Under the pieces are notes generated by a model. That model was not told the DNA's origin, made no database searches, and saw only the letters and a list, made by a program, of their open reading frames with translations. A stretch of DNA of 63,757 nucleotides, counting the filler, from Rhabdomonas costata (Eukaryota): NCBI GenBank assembly GCA_019059605.1. It is 55 parts of 55 records of this genome, joined end to end, with 100 filler letters (N's around TTAATTAATTAA, not from the genome) between each part and the next. Parts side by side here need not be neighbours in the genome. Positions count along the whole stretch, not along the records: positions 34,834 to 35,893 come from JAHMHO010030719.1; positions 35,994 to 37,054 come from JAHMHO010030720.1; positions 37,155 to 38,215 come from JAHMHO010030721.1; positions 38,316 to 39,376 come from JAHMHO010030722.1; positions 39,477 to 40,534 come from JAHMHO010030723.1; positions 40,635 to 41,696 come from JAHMHO010030724.1; positions 41,797 to 42,857 come from JAHMHO010030725.1; positions 42,958 to 44,018 come from JAHMHO010030726.1; 47 more parts are not named here. The stretch is one strand, 5' to 3'. Numbering within the stretch: the first letter of the stretch is position 1; every line of letters starts with the position of its first letter. Below are positions 35,539 through 48,951 of the stretch, one piece after another. Both the position numbers and the translations under genes were made by a program.

Positions 35539-37602
35539 GTTTGGGTCCGGGTTGAACCGATTCGCAGACCAACACCCATTTTTCCTGCTCTTCCCAAAAC
35601 CGACTTGGGTACTTGAGCCGCAGCTGTGACCTGTAGGGTGGGTGTACCACGGTTGGGGTTGATAGTTTGGACCTAAAACTGCCGCCGGTGTCCAAGTATG
35701 CCCCCAGGCCGTAACGGCATTTAGGTCGGTCCACGTTGTTTGGTTGGAGCGGTTGGAGCGAAAAGAAAAGAGCGTGTGGGGACAGATAGAGGTGGAGGCG
35801 CGCGGGAGCTGAGACTCGTGAACAACAACCACTCAAAAGAGAGCATGCCTTCCCCTGTCCTCACCACACAAAACCAAACACACACCCAAAACCNNNNNNN
35901 NNNNNNNNNNNNNNNNNNNNNNNNNNNNNNNNNNNNNTTAATTAATTAANNNNNNNNNNNNNNNNNNNNNNNNNNNNNNNNNNNNNNNNNNNNTACATCC
36001 TTTTGCGCGTCCGAGTGCAGTGGCTGTGTTGGAGCAATTGCGCTTCCTCGAATAATGTTTCCCCACATTTTTTAATTTCGTTTTTTTCGGGCAAGTAGCT
36101 TTTCCGATTTTTGTCGCACGCGTGTCCCTTCAGGAGATTGGTGCACGGAGACGCGAATAGAAGGCTGAGAATGCGTCGCGTATTCTGTGATTCCGCTCAG
36201 TTCAGCTTCCTTCTTTCCTTTTAACTGGGTTTCTCCAGCCCCGTTCCTCGAGAATCTGCTCTGATTCTGCGCCCCTTTTTTGTTCTCTTTTCTGATACCA
36301 ATTCTTGCCTCACTGGGGTGGTGGTGGTGGTGGTGGTGGTGTGGCCAACTCGAATTCCCAGAGCTCGTGCGCGCTTGAGTTCATGCTACATGGCAGTGGC
36401 AAGGACTTTTAGAGCCAGACTCCGCTTTATGGCATTCCGTTTGCCCTGAAGCCGGGTCGCCTTCTGGTGGACAACCTGTTCTCTTTGTTTGTATGTGCTT
36501 GCTTTGTATGAGTTTTTGCTGTATATCTGTTTGCGTGTGCTGCTACACTGTCAGCTTTGCGCTCCCTGCGTCGCGGCACCAGAGAGGACTGCAAAAGCTA
36601 CACACTGCTACACAGTGTTTTGGGGCAGAGTTAGCCACGCCACACGCGCACACGACGGGAGATTGCCCGCGCGCGACTCGGTCCGTGCGAAGGTGGGGCG
36701 GGGGGCATTTTGGCGAGGACTCCCTTTCTGAGCCCCCCACTGAGCTGCTCCACTCTCCTCAATTTCCCCGCGCTTGCATGCAGATGTATGCATGTGTGCG
36801 TGATTGTGTTTTTCCTTTGAGGGCTGTCGGAAGTGCAGTGGTGGCTGCCTTCAGTGATGGCTGAAGTTTTTTTTACAGTTTGTTTTGGGTGGAATTAGCT
36901 GAATGTGGGAAAAGATGATGCTCCGTTTTGTTTACTGCTTTTTTCTTCACTTTTTTCCCATTTCGTTTTGGTTTCATTGCGACCCATAAGCAATGTACTG
37001 TGGGGAGCGAGACGATCAATTTTAGTCAGCACAGCGCACGAAGAGGAGAAAGCANNNNNNNNNNNNNNNNNNNNNNNNNNNNNNNNNNNNNNNNNNNNTT
37101 AATTAATTAANNNNNNNNNNNNNNNNNNNNNNNNNNNNNNNNNNNNNNNNNNNNGTGTGTGCCTGTGGTGCACACATCCGCATGCACACACTCATCCACA
37201 CGCATTCACTCATGGGACGGACTTGGGAAGGAGGAAGCGCACCACTGCACCACCGCTGTGGGCGAGCTTCCTGAAAGACTGATTACGACGACGCCTGTCC
37301 TTCTTTGTCGCATTTCTCGCAATCTTTCTTCGCGAAAGGAAAAGTGAGAAAAATGTCTGTTTTAGTCCCCTGTTCGGAGGTGTGCTTATGACACGCGGGA
37401 ACACGGGTGCATTTTTCGCGGGGTGGGTCGGTGTTAACGATAGGGTACGACATGAGGCACGTGGGGCTGAACGATCACGACGGACGCGGCGTTGTGTGGG
37501 ACTGGTGTGAGGCAAAACCGTATTGCTGGAGAAAAGGGAAAGGGAATAGTCCTAAAGTGGTGGAAGCGCGTCGAGGGGAGAGGGAACACTGGCACACAGC
37601 AC

Positions 37603-37803
37603 CCGAAGGCTCTCAATGAAGGCGATGACGTCGACGCCTTTCCCGACGCGGGGAAACTCACACAGGAGCTCCTGGACCTGTCTCTCCGTGATGCCCAGGT
37701 TAAACTTCTGCAGCACAACCAGAAGCTCAGCCTCGTCCACGGTTCCATCAGAGTTGTGGTCCAGAAAATTCCTGGAAGCGAACATCATGGCAAAAAATGA
37801 CGC
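37603..37803 (-). CDS. EF-hand protein exon
   Basis: FLDHNSDGTVDEAELLVVLQKFNLGITERQVQELLCEF is an EF-hand loop plus linker. Confidence 0.7.
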
Positions 37804-40120
37804 CTGCAACCACACCACAGCATTGCTAAGAACATAAGTCCAGAGTGTTAAGAGGGATAAGCCGAAGCAGGCCTGGGGTCTTTTGTATATACAACAGGTC
37901 TCCCTAAACGCCGCGCGGCCCGGTACTTGGGGTCAGAATTTTCTGACCCCCTTTCACCTTCGGCCGGTTGTAGTCTTTCTTATCCTTTTGTGCTGCACCT
38001 TGTCCCAGCAGCGGCAGGTTTGCGACATAAGTCTTTTAACTGCCTTCAAGGGCGGAAACCCGTGCTGTACTGGCCCACGCTCGTGCCCAAGGAGTGAGAG
38101 GCACCATCCGGAGGATACAGGACCATAGAAATCAGTGATCTGGACGTGATTGGTGCATACTTTAGCCCCTCAAGGCTGAGGTCCGCCTTGAGGGGCTAAA
38201 GTATGCACCAACACCNNNNNNNNNNNNNNNNNNNNNNNNNNNNNNNNNNNNNNNNNNNNTTAATTAATTAANNNNNNNNNNNNNNNNNNNNNNNNNNNNN
38301 NNNNNNNNNNNNNNNGTGTGGTGGTAGCTGGGTAAGTTGGGGGAGCTCAGTCCCCCGAGACAAGTGCATTAACCTTATCTCACGGCAGTACAGGTCTCCG
38401 TGCGCGTTGTTGCCGCAGAGCGGGAAATACTGAGGAACATCCCAAGTTGAGCTTGGGATGCGCATATCCATGCATGTGTGAGACACACGCCAAGGAGCAT
38501 GGAGGAGGGGAGAATTTGTTTAACTAGCCACAAACCTATGGGCAGGAACTTGCTATTAATCAGAATACAAGGGGGAAGCGAAGACACACATCAGCAATAC
38601 ATAAGCCCCACGTGAATACAAGCCCCTATTAAAATGCCGGTAAACCTCCCGTCCAAGATATCTAAATACCACTGACTGATCATCATGCCTTTGTGCTTTC
38701 CCAGTTTACCTTTAAGCCCTCCGTATGCAAACACTGCTGAAGGAAAGCAGGGAGCTCGGCAACGAAGTCCGATAGACAACATGCTCCGTCCACATCCTCC
38801 CAGTTCCTACAAGGCAAACCATCACAACTTCAAACGGCAGCAAACCCCAGCACTGCCGACTAAAAGCGGTCTTTCCTTCCTTGCACGACTGAAAAGACAA
38901 CCTCGCACGGCCCCACCGCGCACCAAACGCTATATACTGTCCTGCCAGGCCCAGTGGAGGGCGGAGAGATTCCTCCCCTCCCCTCCCTCCAAAGGGGCGG
39001 GAATCAGAACGGGATGAGGTGGTCGAAGGGGAGGAAGAAGAGGAAGAAGACTACTACAGGTACACCGACGGAGGGAGCAAGCACACTGGTCGGCCAGAGA
39101 GAAGAGCGGAGCACTCACCGCGGTCCACTCACAAGCGACGAGGCCCACACACACTCTCAACCCCCCCACCCCCACCCTGTCTGACAAAAGTTTCCACAAT
39201 CAGCCACTGGTGGGTGGAGGTACCGCACTTGTGTGTCTGGTGGATCTGGAATTTCTGTGCAAAAACCCCCCAAACTCCCCAAAGACGACGAGTTGGGTTC
39301 GCTTAAAAGAGTGAGAGGAGGGGGGAACGAAACCCCCCCCCTCCTTTCTCTTCCCCTCTTTCTCCTAAGTTACTCCNNNNNNNNNNNNNNNNNNNNNNNN
39401 NNNNNNNNNNNNNNNNNNNNTTAATTAATTAANNNNNNNNNNNNNNNNNNNNNNNNNNNNNNNNNNNNNNNNNNNNGGTGGTTTTTTGTTCAAATTAATT
39501 TTTTTTTGCTATTTTTTTGCTGGCTGGAGTCATGGGTGAATTCCGCTGCTGTATGGGCTGCAGGGTGGCATGCCACCGATACCCTACTGTTCGGACGCGG
39601 ACCCCAATCTTGTGGAAAAATACGCCTAGCAAAAAAATAGCAAAAAAATTAATTGGAACAAAAAACAAGAGCAGCATTCCAACGTTCGGCTTTCAACCTG
39701 ACGGTGATGGACAATATAAAAAGGCTCCGCTGCCCGCAAAGAGAGACGCGCGAGCACGCCCGCTCGCTGATTCTGTATGTGATAAGTTGGCGCGACTTCA
39801 GCACTTGTATAAGTGGCGCTTTCTGCGCTCATATATGATCTGTCGTTGTTAAGTGGACAGAAATAGTGAGTATGCGCAACCTGAAGACGTTTGCTCTCAT
39901 TCTGGTATGTAATTTTCCATCGTCTTTCCGCTGGGGAATGGAACCGCCACGCAAGGCACTCGCATGTTGTTTCTTTTCGTAGTGTGCATGTAGTTTCTTT
40001 TCGTCTCTTCCGCATCGCGTCGTTTCTGCTTCCATTTCAATTCATCATTTCGAATGCAGTGGATTTTCCTTTCCGGGAAAAAAACTCAGCGTTCGCATAT
40101 CCCTCTCTCCGGGTGCACAG

Positions 40121-40351
40121 AGTTTGAAGACGGGGATGAGCATGTTCCGACAGTGTCTCCTGGCACGGCTCCGCGAGCTGCTTCTTGGCGAGCTTCCCGA
40201 GGATGTCGGCTCCACTGCGGCGGAAGCCCTGGCGGCGTGGATCGAGGGTGCGGTGCAGCACCGGTGCCACGGCTTCCTTAGGCCCCGCTACCGAATTCTT
40301 CACGCCAGGAAGGACAGGCAGCTGGTGCTTGCCATGGAGTCCGTCGCCGTG
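40121..40351 (+). CDS. Unknown helical protein exon
   Basis: Open 231-nt exon between CAG and GTATG: SLKTGMSMFRQCLLARLRELLLGELPED...RKDRQLVLAMESVAV. Confidence 0.45.
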
Positions 40352-41453
40352 GTATGAGATCTGCGGTCACCCGCATCTCTTCCCATCATTCCCCCCATAC
40401 GCTTGGAGAGCTACGGTGAAGTGCATAGTCTTGGGTTGTTCGAATTGATTTTTTCTCTTGTGGGCCGAAGCCGAAGCGCCTCGGGTATACAAATGAGCCA
40501 AAAAGGCTGTCGGGCCGTCCTTGCACACACCCCCNNNNNNNNNNNNNNNNNNNNNNNNNNNNNNNNNNNNNNNNNNNNTTAATTAATTAANNNNNNNNNN
40601 NNNNNNNNNNNNNNNNNNNNNNNNNNNNNNNNNNTGATGATGAACATGAAAATAGGTAAGGGGAATTGCTTTGGGCATCTTTATATCAATGTTGCGGTCG
40701 CGGGGGACGGATTGAACTCAAGGAAGCCTTCCCGGAACCCTGAGCCCCAACGTTAGCACACTTGCCCTGCGCCTCAGCCTAACACTCTTACCCTGGGCCT
40801 GAAAAATTACTCTCTTACATCACAAACCTACACCTCAAGCGGAGTGTCGATTCACAGCAGAGGGCTGAGCTTTCACCAGGTCATCGCCTTGCTTGCAAAT
40901 GGACCACGCTGCATAGCTAGCACGTGTTCCAGGGTTCTTGCGCATGCCCCTGCACAAATGTCATGCTGGCTTCGAGACCGGTGGGCGATCCCCGTCCGGG
41001 GCGCGCTACTGGCGAACGCGTGGTCATCACTCAACAGCTTGGAACATGCCAATGTGGAGTCGAGACTCTCTGTTTGCGCGAGGCAGTGGTCGGTATTGCC
41101 TGCTTTCGGCTGTTCATTCTGGTTGGTGACTGATGTCTATCCTATCGGGTTCAGTCTCCTGTACAGCGAGGCCCTGAAGTGTGAAGACGCTGGAGCTTTA
41201 AAGGAGTGCTTTTCGGGGGTCTTCGCGCTACACAGTGGCGGCACCTCCGGTAAACGACACGGATGAGTACTCGGTAGAGACGATGGCTCGTTTTATTGCG
41301 CAGATGCGGAGAGAGCAGGCCATCTGTGCCGCCCGTTTCTCCGAAGTGTAGGTCGAGCTTTGAGCCCGGGGTGGCGTCAGGAAGGCTGGCATCACACACT
41401 CCTATCTTCCGGTATGGGCAGTGCATCGAGGAGTTCACTGCTGGCTGCATCCC

Positions 41454-41533
41454 TTCGTTCGTTCCTTCGTTCGTTCTTTCCTTCATTCGTTCGTTTCTTC
41501 GTTCGCTCGCTCGCTCGAATGTTACTTCGTTCG
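41454..41533 (+). repeat. Degenerate (TTCG)n microsatellite
   Basis: Run of TTCG/TTCC/CTCG units; the complementary (CGAA)n occurs at 24463-24482. Confidence 0.8.
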
Positions 41534-41811
41534 AAGGCCAGCCGCCGCGTAAACCTTGCTGACGTTCTATTGGGAGCAGGGGGTTAGGTGCAGTTTTCCA
41601 GGTACCCTTGGCCACATTCATCTGGAAGCAGGCGACCCAACTAACCGACCTTTTTCGATGAACGAGGACCTTTCAACAATTCCTAAAAGCGCAAGCNNNN
41701 NNNNNNNNNNNNNNNNNNNNNNNNNNNNNNNNNNNNNNNNTTAATTAATTAANNNNNNNNNNNNNNNNNNNNNNNNNNNNNNNNNNNNNNNNNNNNTTGT
41801 GTGGGGGGTGG

Positions 41812-42040
41812 GAACAACACAGAGTGTGGACTACTTTGGTCCGTGCGTCAACTGCGCGGCGCGGGTGGAGGCCCTGGCCTCTGGGGGGCAGATCCTGATC
41901 TCCGAGGAGACCGCGGACATGGTAGCCCCGCTGATGGAACCCGGGGCGGTGCAGTTCGTGCACATGGGCTCGTTCAGCCTGAAGGGCATCGTAGCCTCAG
42001 TGGGGATTGTGCAGGCCGTGCCCACCCGACTCAGCCTCAG
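41812..42040 (+). CDS. Class III adenylate cyclase catalytic domain (C-terminal part), receptor-type-like
   Basis: VDYFGPCVNCAARVEALASGGQILIS...MGSFSLKGI has the N and R transition-state residues. The D of DYFG favours adenylyl specificity. Confidence 0.9.
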
Positions 42041-42961
42041 GTTTTGCTCTGCGTCTGACTGCGCTCTCCTCTTCACGGGGCGAGGCGCTTTTTTCTCATC
42101 CATGCAATTGAAGGTGTTAGAATTGTGTGGCCGATTGTGTTCAAAAAGAAAGCCGGCTCTCGGTAGGAGGAAGGTAATGCAACGCGTGCAGCGTGCAGAA
42201 GGAAAGAATGCAGGGTGGTGGTTGTCATCGATATTCTGCCATTTTAGGGACACGACGGGGGGCACTTTTCACACCGCCCAGGAAAAAATCCAAACACAGC
42301 ACAGCTTTAAGGGACCATACCTGCAGGGTGAAAATGAGGAAGGTCACGCTGAAGGAAGGGGGGGTGGGGTGGAAGTGGTAGCATTTCCATCCGGTTGATC
42401 CGTTGATGTGCGAGTTTGTTTTCCCCCTTGTATTATGGTTATGGTGGTGGTGCATCCACAGGGAGTTCCCCCCGCTGGCGCCAGCCTCTGTGGTGCTGGA
42501 GGAGCCCCGTCGTGACCCCGCGGGGTTGCAGATCTGCGAGAAGGTCCTCCCCCCTGCTGCCTTTTGTCCTTGTCGTGTAAACGAGGCACTTGGTTTGGTG
42601 TGATGGATGCCGGTGGCAATGCGTGCGCTACCTCAAGTCGGGCGTCAGCATCGGCGTTCGGTGCCGAGGCCGTAACAAGAATATCATGGAAAGCCTCTTT
42701 CTCAATGCATGAAGTAAGGATTGCACCTGAAACGATGGTACATAGCGCCGCAGCCTCCTAGGGCGAAATGTGAATAAAACTCGGAAAAGTCCTTTTTTAG
42801 TATGTCTGAGAAAGGTCCACGAAAGTCAGACAATCCTGACCCCCACCCCCCAAACCANNNNNNNNNNNNNNNNNNNNNNNNNNNNNNNNNNNNNNNNNNN
42901 NTTAATTAATTAANNNNNNNNNNNNNNNNNNNNNNNNNNNNNNNNNNNNNNNNNNNNGTTG

Positions 42962-43643
42962 GTGGGTGTAGAACAGCCCGGGCAGCCTGGAGTGCAGCCC
43001 CAGACGCTGCCGGGTCGAGGCCACGGGGAGGTCGGGGTCCCCAAAGGCAAAGTCGTCATACTCCGCGCGCTTCACGGGGTCGCTCAGGAGCATGTAGCAC
43101 TCGTAGATCTCGTGGAACTTCACCTTGGTCCGCCTTTTTTGATTTAGCAGCGCTCAAGAGCTAGGCAACTGTCCACCGTCCAGCGCTCCCGTGCTGAAAA
43201 GAAGGCGACAGAGTCTATTGGCCTACCAGGTGGCGTTCCCTTCCCAATGTGTAAGTGTTGATACAAATGAGTGGGATAGACCAGGGCAGCAGTTTTTTTG
43301 GTTCTTAGATTCGCGCGTTCTCCCCATTTTGTTTTTCAAAAAAAAGCAACCCCGAAAGAAAACCCCGGTTGAGGTTAGTCGCATCAGTGTAGCAGGAAGG
43401 TGGCCACACCTCTTCTCCTCGTCCGACTGGCTCTGGTGACGGTCGGGGTGGTACACGAGCATCAGCCGACGGTAGGCCTGGCTGATGGTGCGGGCGGAGG
43501 AAGACGGCGAGACCCCCAGGACAGCGTACAGGTCGGGAATGCACTGCCTTAGCGTGGACAGCATTGCCTGGGCCTCCTCGTGGCCCGGGTCCAGCTCCAG
43601 AATCCGCTCGCAGTCCTCAATCGCCAAGGCGTTCTCATTAGCC
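42962..43643 (-). CDS. TPR + DnaJ domain co-chaperone, exons 43643-43410 and 43133-~42962
   Basis: AIEDCERILELDP (TPR), then DLYAVLGV...AYRRLMLVYHPDR (HPD motif) and KFHEIYECYMLLSDPVKRAEYD. GTGTG donor. Confidence 0.9.
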
Positions 43644-44899
43644 CTACAGGATATGTCACAGCAATTTGGGGCGTACTTTTTCAGGCTGCGCTCGGGGTTT
43701 GGAAGTGGTAGGTCTTTGAGGGCAAAGCCCACAATTCAAGCACCCCCGCCCCTAAAAACGTTTTCTGACACGTGGTCTTATCCCAGACTACACAAAGGGA
43801 AAAAATTGTTTCATTCTTTTCGAAAACCCAGCAGCACAATCACAATGCGGGCTTGCAACTTCTTTGGGTTAGCAGGTGAATCAATTTCAAAGCCAAACTG
43901 AAGGAAAAAAGAGCAAAGAACCTGGAACTCCTGGAACTAGAACAGACCTAAACTGCAGACATCCGCCACATGCACACGCAGCTCAAAAGGTCACAAAAAC
44001 ACCAACCACACCCAACACNNNNNNNNNNNNNNNNNNNNNNNNNNNNNNNNNNNNNNNNNNNNTTAATTAATTAANNNNNNNNNNNNNNNNNNNNNNNNNN
44101 NNNNNNNNNNNNNNNNNNGGGGTTGGGGCTGCGAAGGACCCGAGACAGATGTGAAGATATAAAACGGCTGTGAGAGACACCCGAAGTGCTTTGGGGACGG
44201 ACAAAACGTCAGTTTTTTCTGCCGCGTGGTGACCATTGCACAGGAACAATTGTTTTTATCATTTCTGTGATGTCTTTCGTCTTAGGTGTCGTCATGTGTG
44301 ACTCCTTCATGCTGACGCTCATTCTTGCACCGCTTCTTCCAGTGCTTTGCTCGTCTTGGTTTTGCAGCAAATCGCGGGTCCCTGACCTCCGCAGACATCA
44401 CTGCAGCCATCTACGGCTTGGGAGCTCCCCAACGTCTCAGGTTTACTATTCTGCAAGTGACTTGTCGTGTTTCCGCACGTCCGGCCGGTTTGAATCGTAA
44501 AGAAGGATTGGCTGTAAAGTGAAGCAGCGCGAGTTCCAGGGCTCTGCTGCTGTGAGATTGCTACCGGTTTGAAAAACTTGTGTTTTTTTTATGAAACTGT
44601 AAAGTGTCTCGCAATGAACTTTGAGGTTTGGGGTTTTTGGGAACTTTTTGCTGACGCTGACCATTTCCCCCGAGGGAAGGAACCGGACGACATTGACACT
44701 GATTTAGTCCACTCTGAAGCCCGTGTCTTGTGCGGAGCGGAAAGATGTCTGACTTCTGTCGCCAGCAACCGCCATCTATCGCCATCTACCGGGGTCCCGA
44801 AACGGAAGCCGCTTACCCACCCTCGGGAGCCAAGCGTTGCCTTTGGGACATTTGGGATGCCTGGTATCAGCAAGTGTTGCCATCTGGATTTTTTATCCG

Positions 44900-45170
44900 C
44901 GTTTATATGGTAGATAGACACCTTTCAACTTTGTGATGATGGTTGCTGCAGCTGCGTCTATTATGTGGAAGGACGAAGAAACACCTCTCTACACGTGTTC
45001 CGGGGTGATCTCTTCTTGTCAAGGTGTGCAGCAAGGCGCCCCGCTGGGGCCCGCACTCTTTTCTGTGGGCACCCTCCCCGTGGTGGAAACTGCGCATTTT
45101 TTTTTGCACGGTGGGGTGTGTGGTTCCTTGATGACGGCCACCTGATGGGCACACCCACTCAACTCTCCCA
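44900..45170 (+). mobile_element. Non-LTR retrotransposon RT remnant, CRE/SLACS-like
   Basis: ISSCQGVQQGAPLGPALF followed, after a frameshift, by VWFLDDGHLMG; cf. GVQQGDPLGP.LF and WYLDDG. Confidence 0.7.
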
Positions 45171-45480
45171 AACCCACCNNNNNNNNNNNNNNNNNNNNNN
45201 NNNNNNNNNNNNNNNNNNNNNNTTAATTAATTAANNNNNNNNNNNNNNNNNNNNNNNNNNNNNNNNNNNNNNNNNNNNTGGTGTGGTGTTTTTCTTGTGT
45301 GCTTTCTGTGGACACCTGTGCATGATAAATGTGCGTTTATCTGCGGGAAGCCCTTCTCGCACGCAACTTTTTCTGTGTTGTTTTGAGGGGAAGTGTTTGC
45401 AGCTATGGGACTTCGATAGCCAGACTGCATTTTCCTGGCTTCATACACACAAAAACCTGCCTTTGCTTTGGATGTCATAG

Positions 45481-45703
45481 GCTTGTGGTGTCGTGGCCGA
45501 CCCACCTGCAGAGCACCTCCCACGCCCTGGCCGCAGGACTGGACCTGTTCTACACCCGGCTCTCACCCAGCCGGGCCTACGACCTCCTGAACGCGGACTT
45601 CGGGTACTGGCTGCTGCTGCTCACCCTGGTGGGTCTGCTGGGGCTCACTGGGGTTGCCCGGAGGCTGGCACAGCGCTCCGAGTTGGACCGTGCGTGGAGC
45701 TGA
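45481..45703 (+). CDS. EMC1: ER membrane complex subunit 1, last exon
   Basis: PTHLQSTSHALAAGLDLFYTRLSPSRAYDLLNADFGYWLLLLTLVGL...RRLAQRSELDRAWS* matches the EMC1 C-terminus. Confidence 0.92.
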
Positions 45704-46619
45704 GACGGATGGGGAAGAGGACGAGGAAGGGGGTTTCGTGTCGGTTGGAAGGAAGAGGACTGTGGGGGGAGGGGTTCTATGGGAAGGGGTGAGATTGGGG
45801 AAGGTCTGTAGCCATGGGTTTGAGGTTGGGAGGTGGTCGCAGCTCCGCGGATCATACAGGATCTCTAAAGGGGTAGACAACCAACCACTGGCGAGAGTCA
45901 TCCCCCCTCCCCCGAGGCTCATACCGCTCCAGCCGCACCTCAGCTGGGCTTCCTCACCAAAGCCAAGCAACTGGCTAGACCTTAAGCAGTGATTGGGGGG
46001 TGCTTGCCTCACCAGAACCCATGAATGCAGAAGGAGTCGGGACAATTCAGTTAACCCCTTGTGTACAACCATTTTGAGGGTGCTGGCACAGTTAAACAAA
46101 AATCGGGACTCTGTTTGAAAGGCTTCAAGTGCTTTAAAGAGTTACAGTTTCCAGTGTAGTCGCGATGGCCATGCCAACCTCAGGCCTTGGCCTCCTTCCT
46201 TTTGTCCGCTGCTTTTGTTTTCTCACTTGCTGACGGCACCTCGAGCCGAAGGGCAAGGAACGGAGAAAAATCGCCTCGGTGGGAAGTTTGCGGCTCTGCG
46301 GGGTGAGGTGTGCGGTGGGTGATTGCTCACCTTGCCCAANNNNNNNNNNNNNNNNNNNNNNNNNNNNNNNNNNNNNNNNNNNNTTAATTAATTAANNNNN
46401 NNNNNNNNNNNNNNNNNNNNNNNNNNNNNNNNNNNNNNNACCGTGGCGGGACCCATCAGGGAATTTCAATGTCAAAGCGGTTCCCTTTTAATCTTTGGCT
46501 GTCCTGTTGCTTGCCTTCGTGCTCTGTGGTACGCTGTGCACCATTTTGATGGTAATAGTCACCCCCGTTTGTTGCCTTCGACTTCGTCTTTTTCAAGGCC
46601 CTTCCGGGCCCGAATGAGC

Positions 46620-47400
46620 TAGAGAGAAGGAGAACCACAGGGACTTCGAGTCAGAAATTGAAAGTTGTGGGTGATCACTTTGTGGCACACTTCCGTTTTC
46701 CAAAGATGTTGACCACTAAAGTGGAAGTCAAGCGACGATGCGCTGGAAAAAGGTGGAGGGATGGTATTGCAAAAAAACGGTGCAGTCTCACAGGAGCATG
46801 GCTGGTGGTTATCATACTCACGGTCTACGGTCTGAGGCGGTGGGTTGCAGTGTATGTTGAGAAGGAAAACATAAGGTGTGTGTTGATGGAGAGGTCGACT
46901 CAGGAGTTGTGTGTATGCGGGGTTCGGAATCGTGTGGTCCACGTATGCACCGTCTATGTCGTCTTTGCCTTCGGGACAACTGAAGAGTGGAAAGGCACAA
47001 AGAAATTGATAGTAGGTGGTTTCCATGGCACTTGGAATATTAGAATTCCCACAAGAGAAAAAGTTTACACTGTTACTTGCGATAGGGCATCTGCAGATGA
47101 GTTCAGCCGCCATGAAATGTGGGTAATTTTGCGTGCGTAGGCCTGAAGTTTTTGATGATCAGGGTTCTTTTGTAGGTATCTAATAGTAGAGTTGTCGGTG
47201 TACACATGGAAGTCTGCACATAAGTGGTAGTGTACCCAAGCGTCCATAGAACCCACAAGCACAAGCATTTCATTTTATTGAACTGGATAATTTTCTTCTG
47301 CTGGTGAAAGTTTTCTGGAGCAACATGCCACCAATTGGATACCACCTTTCTCGTATTAGTACGTAAAACCTTAGCCATTGTATTCCATGAAGTCTTGCGA
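46620..47400 (-). mobile_element. Decayed Ty3/Gypsy pol (RNase H region)
   Basis: LVLVGSMDAWVHYHLCADFHVYTDNSTIRYLQK...ITHISWRLNSSADALS matches the Gypsy RNase H W.HYL...F.VYTDH..L.YL...N..ADALSR pattern. Confidence 0.75.
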
Positions 47401-48174
47401 TTTGATTGGCACGGCTGCCGGGTAGATATCGATTGGCGATGTAGCGGCAAACCGCAATGGACCTTACGGGCCCGAGACAGTATGCCTGCGCCCCCAAACC
47501 NNNNNNNNNNNNNNNNNNNNNNNNNNNNNNNNNNNNNNNNNNNNTTAATTAATTAANNNNNNNNNNNNNNNNNNNNNNNNNNNNNNNNNNNNNNNNNNNN
47601 GTGGGGGTGTTGCTCGGTCTTCTTCTCACTGTGCTGTTGCTTGGGCAATCCCCGAAGTGGAAATTCGTCCTCTATATCGCAGGGTGTGGCTCCTCCAATC
47701 CCCTCACTCTCTTTCAGGTTTGTTGTGCAACTGCGTCGATTTCAGAGTTGTGTAGCACAAGTGAAGGGAGGTGGATTCCAGACTGCACCCTTCTATTCTT
47801 CTTCTGGAGAATGCCTTTTCTATTTGAATTTGAGCTTAGGGGAAAGCGCACAAGCAAGCTGAAAAGTAGACTTAACAAGCGGAAGAAAAGGGGAAATTTT
47901 TCTACGAGGAACAGAGATTTCCCAAACACACTCTCACCTTCCACTGGTTCCTGGAGGAAGACGACCGTTTTGTTCCGTTCGGGATGGGGAATCAAGTTGT
48001 GTGACTATACCCCTTGCTTTGCTCTGCTGGCCCTGCAACCTGCATAAGAGCGGTGCGGAACTGTGCAAACCCCGGATATTCCAGGGCATCAATCGCGCAG
48101 CTGTACGACTCAAAATGAACGAAATAAAGACGCACGTACACAGGCGCACAAAAAAGAAGGGAGGGAGCACATAC

Positions 48175-48486
48175 CCAGCGTTGCGGTCGTCGTCGGTGTT
48201 CTCTTGCAGCTGACCAGGGTCCATCCCCAGGAACACCCCAGGCACAATTGGCATGCAGTCGCCGCGCAGCTTGCCCTCCGAGGTGGCGTACTCGGTGAGG
48301 CGGTGCAGGGGGACCAGCTTGCCCGGGTCCCGTGGGCCCCCCGTGAAGTAGTACGGGGAAGAGCCCGCGAGGGGCCGGTTGATCGCCACAGCCATTGTGC
48401 CAGACCGCGGGCAGTGCTCCAGCACGAACAGCACGGTGTGCGCGAAGAAGGGGTCGGTGCAAGCAGGATGGGCGACCAAGAAGCAC
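48175..48486 (-). CDS. YqgE/AlgH (DUF179) family protein exon
   Basis: FLVAHPACTDPFFAHTVLFVLEHCPRSGTMAVAINRP...YFTGGP...LH...IVPGVFLG; phase 2-2 exon with a GTATG donor. Confidence 0.85.
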
Positions 48487-48761
48487 CTGCGAATACCGGA
48501 GGGAGATGCATGCGGGAGGGGGAGGGGTGCCGACCAACCGGACAAGCCACCACCATAGGCTTGGGCCAACGACGTGTTGATGCCAGAAAACTCACGTGAA
48601 TTCCTCGGAACCAAGAAAGCACAAAAAAGCATTGCCTTCCATCCTTCGCTAGCAAGGAAAANNNNNNNNNNNNNNNNNNNNNNNNNNNNNNNNNNNNNNN
48701 NNNNNTTAATTAATTAANNNNNNNNNNNNNNNNNNNNNNNNNNNNNNNNNNNNNNNNNNNN

Positions 48762-48951
48762 CCCGCCAGGGTGAAGTTGGTGGAGTTGTTGCATGCCTCC
48801 CAGAATAGCCTCTGGGTGGTCACGTCGACGTCCACCCCAAGAAGCTCCCCCGTAGGCAGGCCCAGCGAGATGAATGACCCCAGGGTGAAGTCCGTGGTGC
48901 TCATCACTCGAGTTAACATAAACTGCCGCAGCTCCACAGGAGCTGGATTAT
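48762..48951 (-). CDS. Unknown protein exon, possibly an extracellular receptor domain
   Basis: CAG acceptor then NPAPVELRQFMLTRVMSTTDFTLGSFISLGLPTGELLGVDV...NNSTNFTLA; high GC3. Confidence 0.4.

Noticed and set aside
38150-38211. 27-bp perfect hairpin as a terminator or MITE
   Set aside because: It runs into the contig end and finishes in a C/A-only tail; most likely an amplification fold-back.
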